From Ostreococcus lucimarinus (Eukaryota): 64,000 nucleotides of DNA. Shown here in pieces: positions 45,199 through 53,575 of the stretch. Below the pieces are notes generated by a model. The model saw only the letters and a list, made by a program, of their open reading frames with translations. It was not told the origin of the DNA and made no database searches. Location: NCBI GenBank assembly GCA_000092065.1, contig CP000581.1; one strand, given 5' to 3'. The position numbers and the translations under genes are program-made. Position 1 is the stretch's first letter. Each line of letters begins with the position of its first letter.

Positions 45199-47088
45199 TC
45201 ACGCGGAAGACGAGAGCTTCTTCTCCAACTCTGCGATTTGCTCCTTCATCAGCGCCAAGTCTCGCGCCACGCGCTCTGTATTGTTCGGTTGTTTGCTAAT
45301 TTCCACCACCTTTCGCTGCAAATCGGTTTGCGCGCGACGTGCGACGCCGGTGGCTTCAACTTTACTCACTAAGTCGGCGAAGTCGCTATGCATTCCGTGA
45401 AGGTGTTTGTACGCAGCTCGACACAACTCATCCGAGCGCGCTTCTCTGAACAACGTCTCCTCAACGACGGTATATGTGCGTTGTAGCAGCACCTCTGCGG
45501 ATTGGATTTCGGTTTGCACGCTGCGAGTATCGCTCACGATTTTCGAGATCTCTCCTTCCTGCTTCTTGATATTCTTTATGATTTCGTTAACTCGTCGCAC
45601 GAACGAAGGACGGTGCACGTTCTTCGGCGATGCCTCATATTCCTCAAGCAGTTGACGTTGCTCGTGCTCCTTGACGCGCAACAACGCGCTCGTTTCTTTG
45701 CCTTCAGAGCGCCACTGTTCAATCTCCTCGAGTTGATGCTTTGCATTTTCACGCTTTTCACTGGCCGCAACCGCATGCGCTTCGATGGCGGCAATAAGCG
45801 GAGCTTTTGCGGCTTCCCACTCAGCCTTGAGTTGTTCCATTCTCTCCTTCGCAGTGTTGAGCACCTTGTTCAATTCGGCTTCGCTCTCCTCGATGGGACG
45901 ATCGGTGGCCAATACCATACCCACGGCTTGTTTATGCAACAAATAATTCGACTCAAGCTCTGCCGTTCGCGCGCGTTTCTCATCTGTGGACTCCAAAGCT
46001 TCTTTCACTTTGGCCGCGCACGAGGCGATTTCATCATCCACTGTCGACAGCACGGCAATGGCTTCATCGATTCGACGCTGAATATCTTCCACGTCGCGTT
46101 CTCGCGCGCTCAAACGCCCTTCGAGTGTATCAAGAGCCTCATTTTCTACTTCCATCGCTGTCTCGAGAACGTTTGTCTCGTCCATCTTCGTTTCGAGTTC
46201 GCGTCTTGCCCGTCTCGCCTTTGGCTCAGCATAGAATCCGCCTTCAATCGCGAATTTGAACACCTCCGCAATCAATCCACGCAAGCCTCCACGAGTGCGC
46301 AAATCGAATGGTTTTCCATCGGGTCCGATAAAATCTATGCGCTCCACGCCTCCAAACTTCAATCTTTGCGCATCTTCTTCGCGTTCGGTATCCGCGCGGC
46401 TGCGCGACGCATACTCTAAGATGGATGCCAACGTCGAGGCCTCTCCGCCTTCTTTGAGCTTCCCAAAAAACCCAGCCTCGTCCTCCGTCGCCAACCGCAC
46501 CGTGCGAAATTCTTGAGTATCCTCCACGTCGTCCGTCTTTTTCTTCGCCCTCGCCGCGGCCGCGATCCCTGCGAACCCTCCGAGTGACTTGGCCGCCTTT
46601 CCCCACGCCGCGCCCGCGCGCGTCGATTTCGCCACCGCCTTGATCGCACGCTGTCCCGCACTCCCGACCCCGACGGTCTCATTCTTCGTTCGTCCCCCAG
46701 CACTTCCAGAAATCGCCTCTTCGACCTCTTTCCTCGGCAATTTGTCGAGAACGAATTTCAAAATCGACCGCGCGCTCGCCTCGCTCGGATACAAAAACTG
46801 TTGAAATCCAATTTCCCCATCCCCTCCGTACCCAATCGTCCTGAGCGCTTCCGCGTACGCCCCGGCGACGCGAAACCGTTCCGCAACGTTCGCATCGTCA
46901 TCTTCGCTCGGTAGCGTCTCCGGGAGGTGCTTGAACGCGACGGAATCGATGCGGACGAGCGCCGAACGGATGAGTTTGGCGAACGCCACGCCGTCGTCGA
47001 CGAGCGATGCGAGGTCATCGGACGCGATCGGGACGTCCGCGGCGCGAAGGGCGAGGACCAGAACACCGTCGGCGTCGGCGGAGGACAT
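45199..47088 (-). CDS. CCDC22: CCDC22 (CCC/Commander complex coiled-coil subunit)
   Basis: N-terminal IGYGGDGEIGFQQFLYPSE matches human LGYQNFLYPSE. C-terminal VRRVNEIIKNIKKQEGEISKIVSDTRSVQTEIQSAEVLL...LCRAAYKHLHGMHSDFADLVSKVEATG matches human TRRILEIVGNIRKQKEEITKILSDTKELQKEI...AVRKAYKYLAALHENCSQLIQTIEDTG. Start set at MSSADADG (629 aa; human 627). The upstream part of the listed ORF overlaps the next promoter. Confidence 0.8.
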   Translation of the reverse strand: MSSADADGVLVLALRAADVPIASDDLASLVDDGVAFAKLIRSALVRIDSVAFKHLPETLPSEDDDANVAERFRVAGAYAEALRTIGYGGDGEIGFQQFLYPSEASARSILKFVLDKLPRKEVEEAISGSAGGRTKNETVGVGSAGQRAIKAVAKSTRAGAAWGKAAKSLGGFAGIAAAARAKKKTDDVEDTQEFRTVRLATEDEAGFFGKLKEGGEASTLASILEYASRSRADTEREEDAQRLKFGGVERIDFIGPDGKPFDLRTRGGLRGLIAEVFKFAIEGGFYAEPKARRARRELETKMDETNVLETAMEVENEALDTLEGRLSARERDVEDIQRRIDEAIAVLSTVDDEIASCAAKVKEALESTDEKRARTAELESNYLLHKQAVGMVLATDRPIEESEAELNKVLNTAKERMEQLKAEWEAAKAPLIAAIEAHAVAASEKRENAKHQLEEIEQWRSEGKETSALLRVKEHEQRQLLEEYEASPKNVHRPSFVRRVNEIIKNIKKQEGEISKIVSDTRSVQTEIQSAEVLLQRTYTVVEETLFREARSDELCRAAYKHLHGMHSDFADLVSKVEATGVARRAQTDLQRKVVEISKQPNNTERVARDLALMKEQIAELEKKLSSSA

Positions 47089-47239
47089 CGGGACCCGCGA
47101 TGTCGGCCGCGCAATGCGGCGATCGAGACGGACACAGCGACGCCGCGTTCGAGGGTGCTGACGCCATAGCGCCGCGCGCGGTTCGTGTGCGCGCGGACGC
47201 GCCGCGCGCGGGGTCGGCGCGCGAAGCTTTGAATCGGTC

Positions 47240-48205
47240 ATGTCGGACGAACGCGACGCGCGCGATGCCGCGACGACGCCAAAGCCACCGCGAACGCCCG
47301 AAAAGACGCTCGTGCATCGACTCGCGCAACCGAAAAGCGCCGACGAGCTCGTCGCGCTCGTGCCGAAGACTATTCTGCTCACGGAACACGCGGAGGGCGC
47401 GTCCGCGATGGCGCGAGCCGAGGTTTTGGACCATTTTTCGGTAATGTTTTGGATCGCGAACGATTGCTGTTGGAGCCAAGAGACGACGTGGGTATTCGTG
47501 CCGATGGCGTTCGTGGTGATATTCTTTACGCATAACGTGTGGGCGTCGAGGAACGACGCGAATGAGTTCAGACACGCGCTGGCGGTGTTCTTTTGGCTCG
47601 TCGGGGCGAATTCATGTTGGGTTTGGATGGATTTCTACGGGTCGGTGTACGCGCTCGAGGTGTGGTGTGTGATTTGCTTTGCGACGAGCGTACTCATAGA
47701 AGCCGCGCAGCTCACGGTTTTGGCGGTGCCGGCGATGAATAATGCGGGCGAAGTCGACACGCAAGACGTCACCGATGCGTTTCAGGCGATCGCAATTTTG
47801 TCCTGGGCGGCGCACGACTTGACGGTGTTTTTGTATTACAATCTGTCGTCGGTATCGCAAGATTACTGCCGTGTCGCGTGGTGGATCTTGGGCGCTGTAA
47901 TTGTGTTTCAGGTATCGTACTATCTGTACTTACAGATCAAGATTTATCGCGCGCGTCCGGAAAGTTCGGGCGTAGACTATGCCTTGGCTCTTTTCGCGTG
48001 GTCGATCGGGTGTATATTCTGGGAATTTGGTGATTTTTACGCAACCGACCATCAAGATCCGGAACCCGTGTTTCGACCGCCGCGACATGTCGATAACTTT
48101 CGATGGTGGTCGTTTTGGATCATAGTTATCGGCGCGCTACCGCTCGCGGTGTGGTGCGTGCGACACTCATTGAATATCCTGGCGTGGAGTAAGAAGAATC
48201 GATAG
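47240..48205 (+). CDS. Hypothetical Trp-rich multi-pass membrane protein
   Basis: About 7 predicted hydrophobic helices rich in W/F/Y (FWIANDCCWSQETTWVFVPMAFVVIFF..., WWSFWIIVIGALPLAVW). I recognise no family. It is the correct size, on the expected strand, and fills the gap between neighbours. Confidence 0.45.
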   Translation: MSDERDARDAATTPKPPRTPEKTLVHRLAQPKSADELVALVPKTILLTEHAEGASAMARAEVLDHFSVMFWIANDCCWSQETTWVFVPMAFVVIFFTHNVWASRNDANEFRHALAVFFWLVGANSCWVWMDFYGSVYALEVWCVICFATSVLIEAAQLTVLAVPAMNNAGEVDTQDVTDAFQAIAILSWAAHDLTVFLYYNLSSVSQDYCRVAWWILGAVIVFQVSYYLYLQIKIYRARPESSGVDYALALFAWSIGCIFWEFGDFYATDHQDPEPVFRPPRHVDNFRWWSFWIIVIGALPLAVWCVRHSLNILAWSKKNR

Positions 48206-48280
48206 CAAACTAGAATGTACAACTAGAATGTACAACAAGTATCTACCTACAGTAGGACTAAAATTAAATTCTGAATTCTT

Positions 48281-51200
48281 TCATGCTGCCTCGACAGCGC
48301 GCTCGAGTTGGATCTCGAACACGTCCGTTCTGAGGCTGATTCCCTTGCCACGCATGACATCGAGCAGGGCGGCACGTTCTTTGGTCGAAAACACCGACGC
48401 TAGTGATTCGATCCCATACAGCCAAATCGTTTTATTCCACGGTACCGCGTTTATGGCGCGTAAGAAGATTGTCTTAGCGCTGGACGCTTGTCCGCACGAC
48501 ACGTACGCGCGCATGTACGTAAGCCACAATAAAGGCGACTGCGCCGTGATTAATGCCGGTTGCAATGCTCGCTCGAGGACGGAAATTACGCGAGGGTTCG
48601 ATACGAACGGTTTGCCGACCTCCATGCCGAGCGCGTAGTACATCAGCGTCACGTTTGGATTGCGCTCGAGTTCAAAATCCAATAAACGACGCATGCGCTG
48701 CCTGCCTTGGACATCAAGTTCAAGTTCACACATCTTCAGAAGCAGATGCGGACTCCTTGGAAAAACTTTTAGCGCGCATTCAAGACTTGAGCGCCGTGTT
48801 GCGAGTGGCTTCATGTCCAACAGCTTGACGTGCAAACTGTGCCAATGCTCCACGTTCGTCGCGCGAAGTTGCGTCTCTGGTGGTACTGCACAAATCGCAT
48901 CGTCAATTTCCTTGCACGTCTGCTTGTTCAAGTACTGGAAGTGCGCGAAGCATTGAATCAACGCAATTCCATATTCTTGCAGACCATCGTGTTCGCGACC
49001 CTTCCACACACCGCCGCCTGCAAAAGCGTTGTTCATTTTTTGGTTGAACAAATTTTGCGCTCGTAGAAAGACCGTGGCGCCTTCAACGCGGGCGGCGTTC
49101 GGAGTGGTCTCTTCACCAGAATCTACGCTCGCGAGTGCCAACAACACTTTCAGTGCGTTTTCTCTATCACTCTCGCGCAGTTCGCATTCGACCCAAGATA
49201 GAGCTAGATGTGAGATGTCTTGCACCTTGGCTGACGTCGCAGTGCTGAACACTTTTGCATAAATTTTTCGCGCCGATGCCTTACGTCCAGATTCCCACTC
49301 CATTTTCGCAAAATGCGACCAAAGCTTGAGAGAATTTTCGTGGACACCCGACAGAAGCTCCTTTGCAACATCTTTCTCGGTGACGACGCGACATGAGAAA
49401 ATGGTTGGATCATAGCTTGCGAAAACGCGAAACATATTCGCTCCAAGAGCGCCGCGTCCAGCATCGGCGGTGACCCACGCGTGCTCAAGTCCATAACTCT
49501 GTGAAAGCCATGTTCCATTGTGCTTCACGCCATCGGCGGAGGCAAAAACTCTCGAGGCATTTACATACGGACCAGCCGTGCATTCAATGAGATCGAGCGA
49601 TTTATCATGATCAAAATCAGTAGGGAGCTTGTCCAAAGTGCCGACGAGACGTAGTGTTTGCATCCACAATCGCCGCTTTGCAGTTTCGTCGCTCAGCCTT
49701 ATCAAACCGTGCTTGATATCATCGAACCATATCACACGAGGTGACGCGCTTTGTTCATCTTCTTGCACGTCCATCGATCGAGCTGGTCTCCATATCTCGC
49801 AACAGCGTTCCCTCTCTTTCACAATCCATCGACGCAATATCTCATCATCAATTTCAATGTCCGCTGCTGCGTCAAGCTGCTCTTCGAGAAGTGCGAGCGC
49901 GGCTGCGTCTGGTTCTTCATCCTCCTCACTATCGTCGCCAACGCAATCTTCATCGTTGTCTATTGCAGTGTCTTCAAAACGTTCCCAGCCACCACCAAGG
50001 ATGGCTCCTGCTGGCACATCCGGTGGAGGCGGAGGAGGCGGAGGCACTTCGTAAGGCGTTTGATGCGCATGTTTGTTCCTACTCGCTGCGTCTGATTTCG
50101 CATCACGAACTATTATCTTGAGCTCCGTGTTCATGGACATCCATTCGTTCCATCCCGTGGCATTCGGCTCACCGATACGAGGCTCACCGCACTCCCAAAA
50201 TTGCTCGAATGCATCCACCAATTCGTCTTCCGTCTGCGTCGACGGGGAGAGGCAACAAAACTCTACTGCTGCTTGAATCCTTGCTACTGCTAGTTCCGTT
50301 TCACCAGTTTGAATGTCGAATCGACATACATCGACAATGAGATCGACAATTGCGCGTTCTAGTTCAGACACCTTGCTTGGTGCAGCAGATATTTGCTTCA
50401 ACTGGTTCCTTGCTATCGCGAGTGAACGTAACGCTCTGTTGAAGTCGTCACGAACGCTGCTCGCGCTAAAGTTACTAAAGTCACGCATACGGTAACGAAG
50501 ATACGCGTGCCAAATATCAGGACTTCCAGTATTTTGCTCTAACGCGTAATGCCAGCGTGATTTGATTGAAGGACTCTCTTCAACCTTTTCGTACTCCATG
50601 AGCAGCATGATGATCACACGCGCATCGTGCGAATGATACCTCAGTGCCTGCTCCAGTATGGCGATCTTTTTCTCAACCAGTTGACGAATTTCACTTCGTT
50701 TCCTCGTCAAAGCCATGAACTCGTCTTGAAATCGGGCGAATTCGATCCAAAGTTCGACGTCCTCCGGACGCTCTCGCGTCTTTTCATTGAAGCTCTTCGT
50801 CCTTTGCATCAGATGCGCATGCGCGTTCTCCATCCCGTCTTCAGCCATGTGCGGAACGCCCAAGTTGTGTAACTCTAGCTTGACAAACTCTTCGGCGTTT
50901 GTATCTGCCTTTGCCGTATCCACAAGAGAAGGTTTGCGCAGTCTTGGCGCGCTTCGATCGCTTCGCGAAGACATCCCTCGTGTAAAGTAGCGCTCTTTCG
51001 TCGATTCACGCTCGCGTTTGCACGTCAAATTCAATCCATAAAAATCGCTCTCGCGCACTCTTGCCACGCGTTCGTACCACTCTCGCGCTTGATCCACGGC
51101 CCGTCGAAACTTGACGCCGTCTGCGCGCGCGACGCGCCCATATGCCAGATTGTCGCCGTCGCGTCGCGCGTCTTCATACGCATCCCTCCCCTGGCGCATG

Positions 51201-51571
51201 CGAACGTCACCAACGCGCGCATCCCGCGTTAAACGCCCATACTTTTCCTCTAAAGCCGCAATCTTGCGCGCATCGTCAACTCGAAGTCTCTTCTCCCTTC
51301 GTTCGCGCTTCTTCTCTTTGAGCTGCCGCTTGTCCCGCTTACTTTTCTTCCCACGCTTCTCTCCCCGGTCGTCGTCGTCATCTCGCGACGATGTCGAAGG
51401 CGAGATCGAGCGCACGCGCGCATCGGCGACGTCGCCGTCCGCGGGTGCGTCGTTCGCGCTGGCGCGGAAAGAATTCATTCGAAGCCAAGCGTCGGGCGCA
51501 GCGTCGGCGTTAGAACGCGACGAGGATGCGCGAACGCCATCGTCGCGCGCATCGATGGGAAAGAGCGCCAT
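48281..51571 (-). CDS. NRDE2: NRDE2 homolog (MTR4-exosome-associated HAT-repeat protein)
   Basis: MALFP N-terminus as in human NRDE2. DVELWIEFARFQDE~DTQLWMAFVAFQDE; VEKKIAILEQALR~LEKKLAILERAIE; FEQFWECGEPRIGEPNATGWNEWM~FEPFWDSGEPRAGEKGARGWKAWM. C-terminal HAT repeats. Confidence 0.8.
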   Translation of the reverse strand: MALFPIDARDDGVRASSSRSNADAAPDAWLRMNSFRASANDAPADGDVADARVRSISPSTSSRDDDDDRGEKRGKKSKRDKRQLKEKKRERREKRLRVDDARKIAALEEKYGRLTRDARVGDVRMRQGRDAYEDARRDGDNLAYGRVARADGVKFRRAVDQAREWYERVARVRESDFYGLNLTCKRERESTKERYFTRGMSSRSDRSAPRLRKPSLVDTAKADTNAEEFVKLELHNLGVPHMAEDGMENAHAHLMQRTKSFNEKTRERPEDVELWIEFARFQDEFMALTRKRSEIRQLVEKKIAILEQALRYHSHDARVIIMLLMEYEKVEESPSIKSRWHYALEQNTGSPDIWHAYLRYRMRDFSNFSASSVRDDFNRALRSLAIARNQLKQISAAPSKVSELERAIVDLIVDVCRFDIQTGETELAVARIQAAVEFCCLSPSTQTEDELVDAFEQFWECGEPRIGEPNATGWNEWMSMNTELKIIVRDAKSDAASRNKHAHQTPYEVPPPPPPPPDVPAGAILGGGWERFEDTAIDNDEDCVGDDSEEDEEPDAAALALLEEQLDAAADIEIDDEILRRWIVKERERCCEIWRPARSMDVQEDEQSASPRVIWFDDIKHGLIRLSDETAKRRLWMQTLRLVGTLDKLPTDFDHDKSLDLIECTAGPYVNASRVFASADGVKHNGTWLSQSYGLEHAWVTADAGRGALGANMFRVFASYDPTIFSCRVVTEKDVAKELLSGVHENSLKLWSHFAKMEWESGRKASARKIYAKVFSTATSAKVQDISHLALSWVECELRESDRENALKVLLALASVDSGEETTPNAARVEGATVFLRAQNLFNQKMNNAFAGGGVWKGREHDGLQEYGIALIQCFAHFQYLNKQTCKEIDDAICAVPPETQLRATNVEHWHSLHVKLLDMKPLATRRSSLECALKVFPRSPHLLLKMCELELDVQGRQRMRRLLDFELERNPNVTLMYYALGMEVGKPFVSNPRVISVLERALQPALITAQSPLLWLTYMRAYVSCGQASSAKTIFLRAINAVPWNKTIWLYGIESLASVFSTKERAALLDVMRGKGISLRTDVFEIQLERAVEAA

Positions 51572-51662
51572 CGTTGACGGCGCGCGCGTCGATGGCGCGC
51601 GCGTCGACGCCCCGCGTCACGCTTTGAGGTTCGCAGTCGGCGCGTCGTTAGGGGAAAGGGTT

Positions 51663-52091
51663 CTAACTTCTCACATGATATGCGTCCAGCGATGCGGTGA
51701 GATCCGCGGCGCGCTCGCGCTCCACGAAGATTGCGCGGTTTGTTTCTGCGAGATTTTGTTCCAGAGCGCGACAAAGCGAGTCGTGAAGGAGCCGGGCGAT
51801 GAGAGCAGCGCGCTGAAAATGCTCGAGAGTGTCTCGAGCGCCATCGTTTCCTGCGGCGGCGGCGGCGCGACGTTCGGTAATGTAGGCGACGATGTAGGCG
51901 ACTTTCGCGGCGTGGGCGAGGTTCTGCGCGTATTCAGTGATTAGAGAGTCGGCGAGAGAGTTTGCGATGGCGGCAGCACCGACGGCCACTTCTCTCGCGT
52001 GGGCGATGCGTTCGAGCGTCTCTGACGCGAGGGCGGACTCTTCGGCGCGTGCGTCGCGGACTTGATCGCCGTCTTTAGGTGGTTGGCACAT
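51663..52091 (-). CDS. Hypothetical small alpha-helical protein (142 aa)
   Basis: It fills the gap between NRDE2 and QNG1 on the same strand. It is non-repetitive, with helical heptads (IAHAREVAVGAAAIANSLADSLITEYAQNLAHAAKVAYIVAYI...). No recognisable family, so it could equally be a non-coding ORF. Confidence 0.3.
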   Translation of the reverse strand: MCQPPKDGDQVRDARAEESALASETLERIAHAREVAVGAAAIANSLADSLITEYAQNLAHAAKVAYIVAYITERRAAAAAGNDGARDTLEHFQRAALIARLLHDSLCRALEQNLAETNRAIFVERERAADLTASLDAYHVRS

Positions 52092-52237
52092 CGATGATTT
52101 CCGTCGCTAGCAAAATAATTCGCCACTTTTGCGGCGCTGCAGCGCGTTCTGCAGAGTCACAGCGTGCGCACGAGGGTCGAGAACAAATATAGCGCGCAAA
52201 CGAACGTCAACCAACTTACATGCTAACAAGCTACAGA

Positions 52238-53236
52238 CTAATAAAACGTCGTTCGCGTTCTATGATGCGGTTCTACCGAGGTTTTGCGCTTTTCTTCGCC
52301 TCTTTCCCACAGGTACCAGTCTATAACGATGCTGCTGACACGCTCACCGTGCTTTTTCGCGAAGGACTCGCGAATCGCTTCAACCGCCATCACCGTGCAT
52401 GCGCGAATCTCGACTTCTTCCGCACTGTTCGCTGGTATCTCCTCCTTATTCACGATTTTCGTTAACAGAGCGTCGTCATAGTGTAAGATGCCTTGCTCGC
52501 GAAGCGTCACCGGGACTCTGTAATCGGCGAACATGGTCAGCGCCTCGATATCATGAAACGATCCCAAACCTTGTCCGCGAAAGCCGCCCCAGAGATCCCC
52601 CACGAAAATTTGCGCGCGCTTATAGAAGAAAACGTCATCCCCGTTCGCATGCACCTCGTCACGAAATCCCGGGAAGTGTTCAAGAAGGAGCTCCACCAAC
52701 CGCACCGCCGATCCGTTCGCGGCTCGAACAAACTCGGCGCACGAACCGCCGAAACTTTTCGCCAACCCATCACCCACTTCCCGAATCAGTCTAGCCCGCG
52801 TCTCTTCGTCCGGCAGAGGCCGCGGCCAATTCAATATCGCTCGTAAATCTGGCCCACTCATCGTTTGCAACCGCTCGCACGTCAACACCGTCCAATCTCC
52901 CGCGTGTGCGTTCCTCCAGCCTCTCGTAAGATGCTCGTACTCTAGTCCTTCCTCCACGCCGTCGTCGTGATCGGGCCAAAAGCAAAAGTTTATCGCGTCC
53001 ACACACAGCGTGAACATTGCCATCGCCTCGTCGTCTCCACGGACGTCCCCGTGATGCGCGCCGTCGTCGAAGCCGCGACAGCCTCGTTTCAGACGCGCGA
53101 CGTCGTCGTCGCCCAGCGCGTCGACGAACCGCGCGACCGCATCCGCGTCCACTGTAACCTGACGAGCGCGTTGGGCTACCTTTGCACACGTCGCGCGCAC
53201 GCGCGCGCACGGATCGAGGGCATCGACCGACGACAT
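52238..53236 (-). CDS. QNG1: Queuosine salvage protein QNG1 (DUF2419; queuosine 5'-phosphate N-glycosylase/hydrolase)
   Basis: FTLCVDAINFCFWPD, ...FFYKRAQIFVGDLWGGF..., FHDIEALTMFADYRVP and ...IDWYLWERG are the DUF2419 hallmarks. Start at MSSVDALDP (333 aa). Confidence 0.75.
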   Translation of the reverse strand: MSSVDALDPCARVRATCAKVAQRARQVTVDADAVARFVDALGDDDVARLKRGCRGFDDGAHHGDVRGDDEAMAMFTLCVDAINFCFWPDHDDGVEEGLEYEHLTRGWRNAHAGDWTVLTCERLQTMSGPDLRAILNWPRPLPDEETRARLIREVGDGLAKSFGGSCAEFVRAANGSAVRLVELLLEHFPGFRDEVHANGDDVFFYKRAQIFVGDLWGGFRGQGLGSFHDIEALTMFADYRVPVTLREQGILHYDDALLTKIVNKEEIPANSAEEVEIRACTVMAVEAIRESFAKKHGERVSSIVIDWYLWERGEEKRKTSVEPHHRTRTTFY

Positions 53237-53575
53237 GTCGCGATGTGCTGCGCGTGGGGGGAGAAAATTTTTGAAATTGTGACAGCTGACGACACAACGC
53301 CACTCGTGCGCGTCGCACGGCGCGCGGAAAACGGACGACGGACGACGGACGGCGAGAACTGTGACTCGTGCGGGCTCCTTGACTCGTGCGGGCGATCGAA
53401 CCGCGAAGAACTCGACGAGCGCGCGCGGAACGAGATTTTCGTGGGATTGCTCGGGACGATCGCGGCCGGGACATCGAGACATCGGCCGACGCGCGTCGTG
53501 GGAGCGTGCGGACGACGGAGGTGCGGCGACGAGAAGTGTATTTAACGGCGCGTCGGACGCGACGGCGGAGACGAC

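Noticed and set aside
45502-46419. 305-aa plus ORF
   Set aside because: Antisense to CCDC22. Leu/Phe-rich nonsense with no motifs.
51111-51944. 277-aa plus ORF
   Set aside because: Overlaps the NRDE2 N-terminus and promoter. S/R-rich low complexity.
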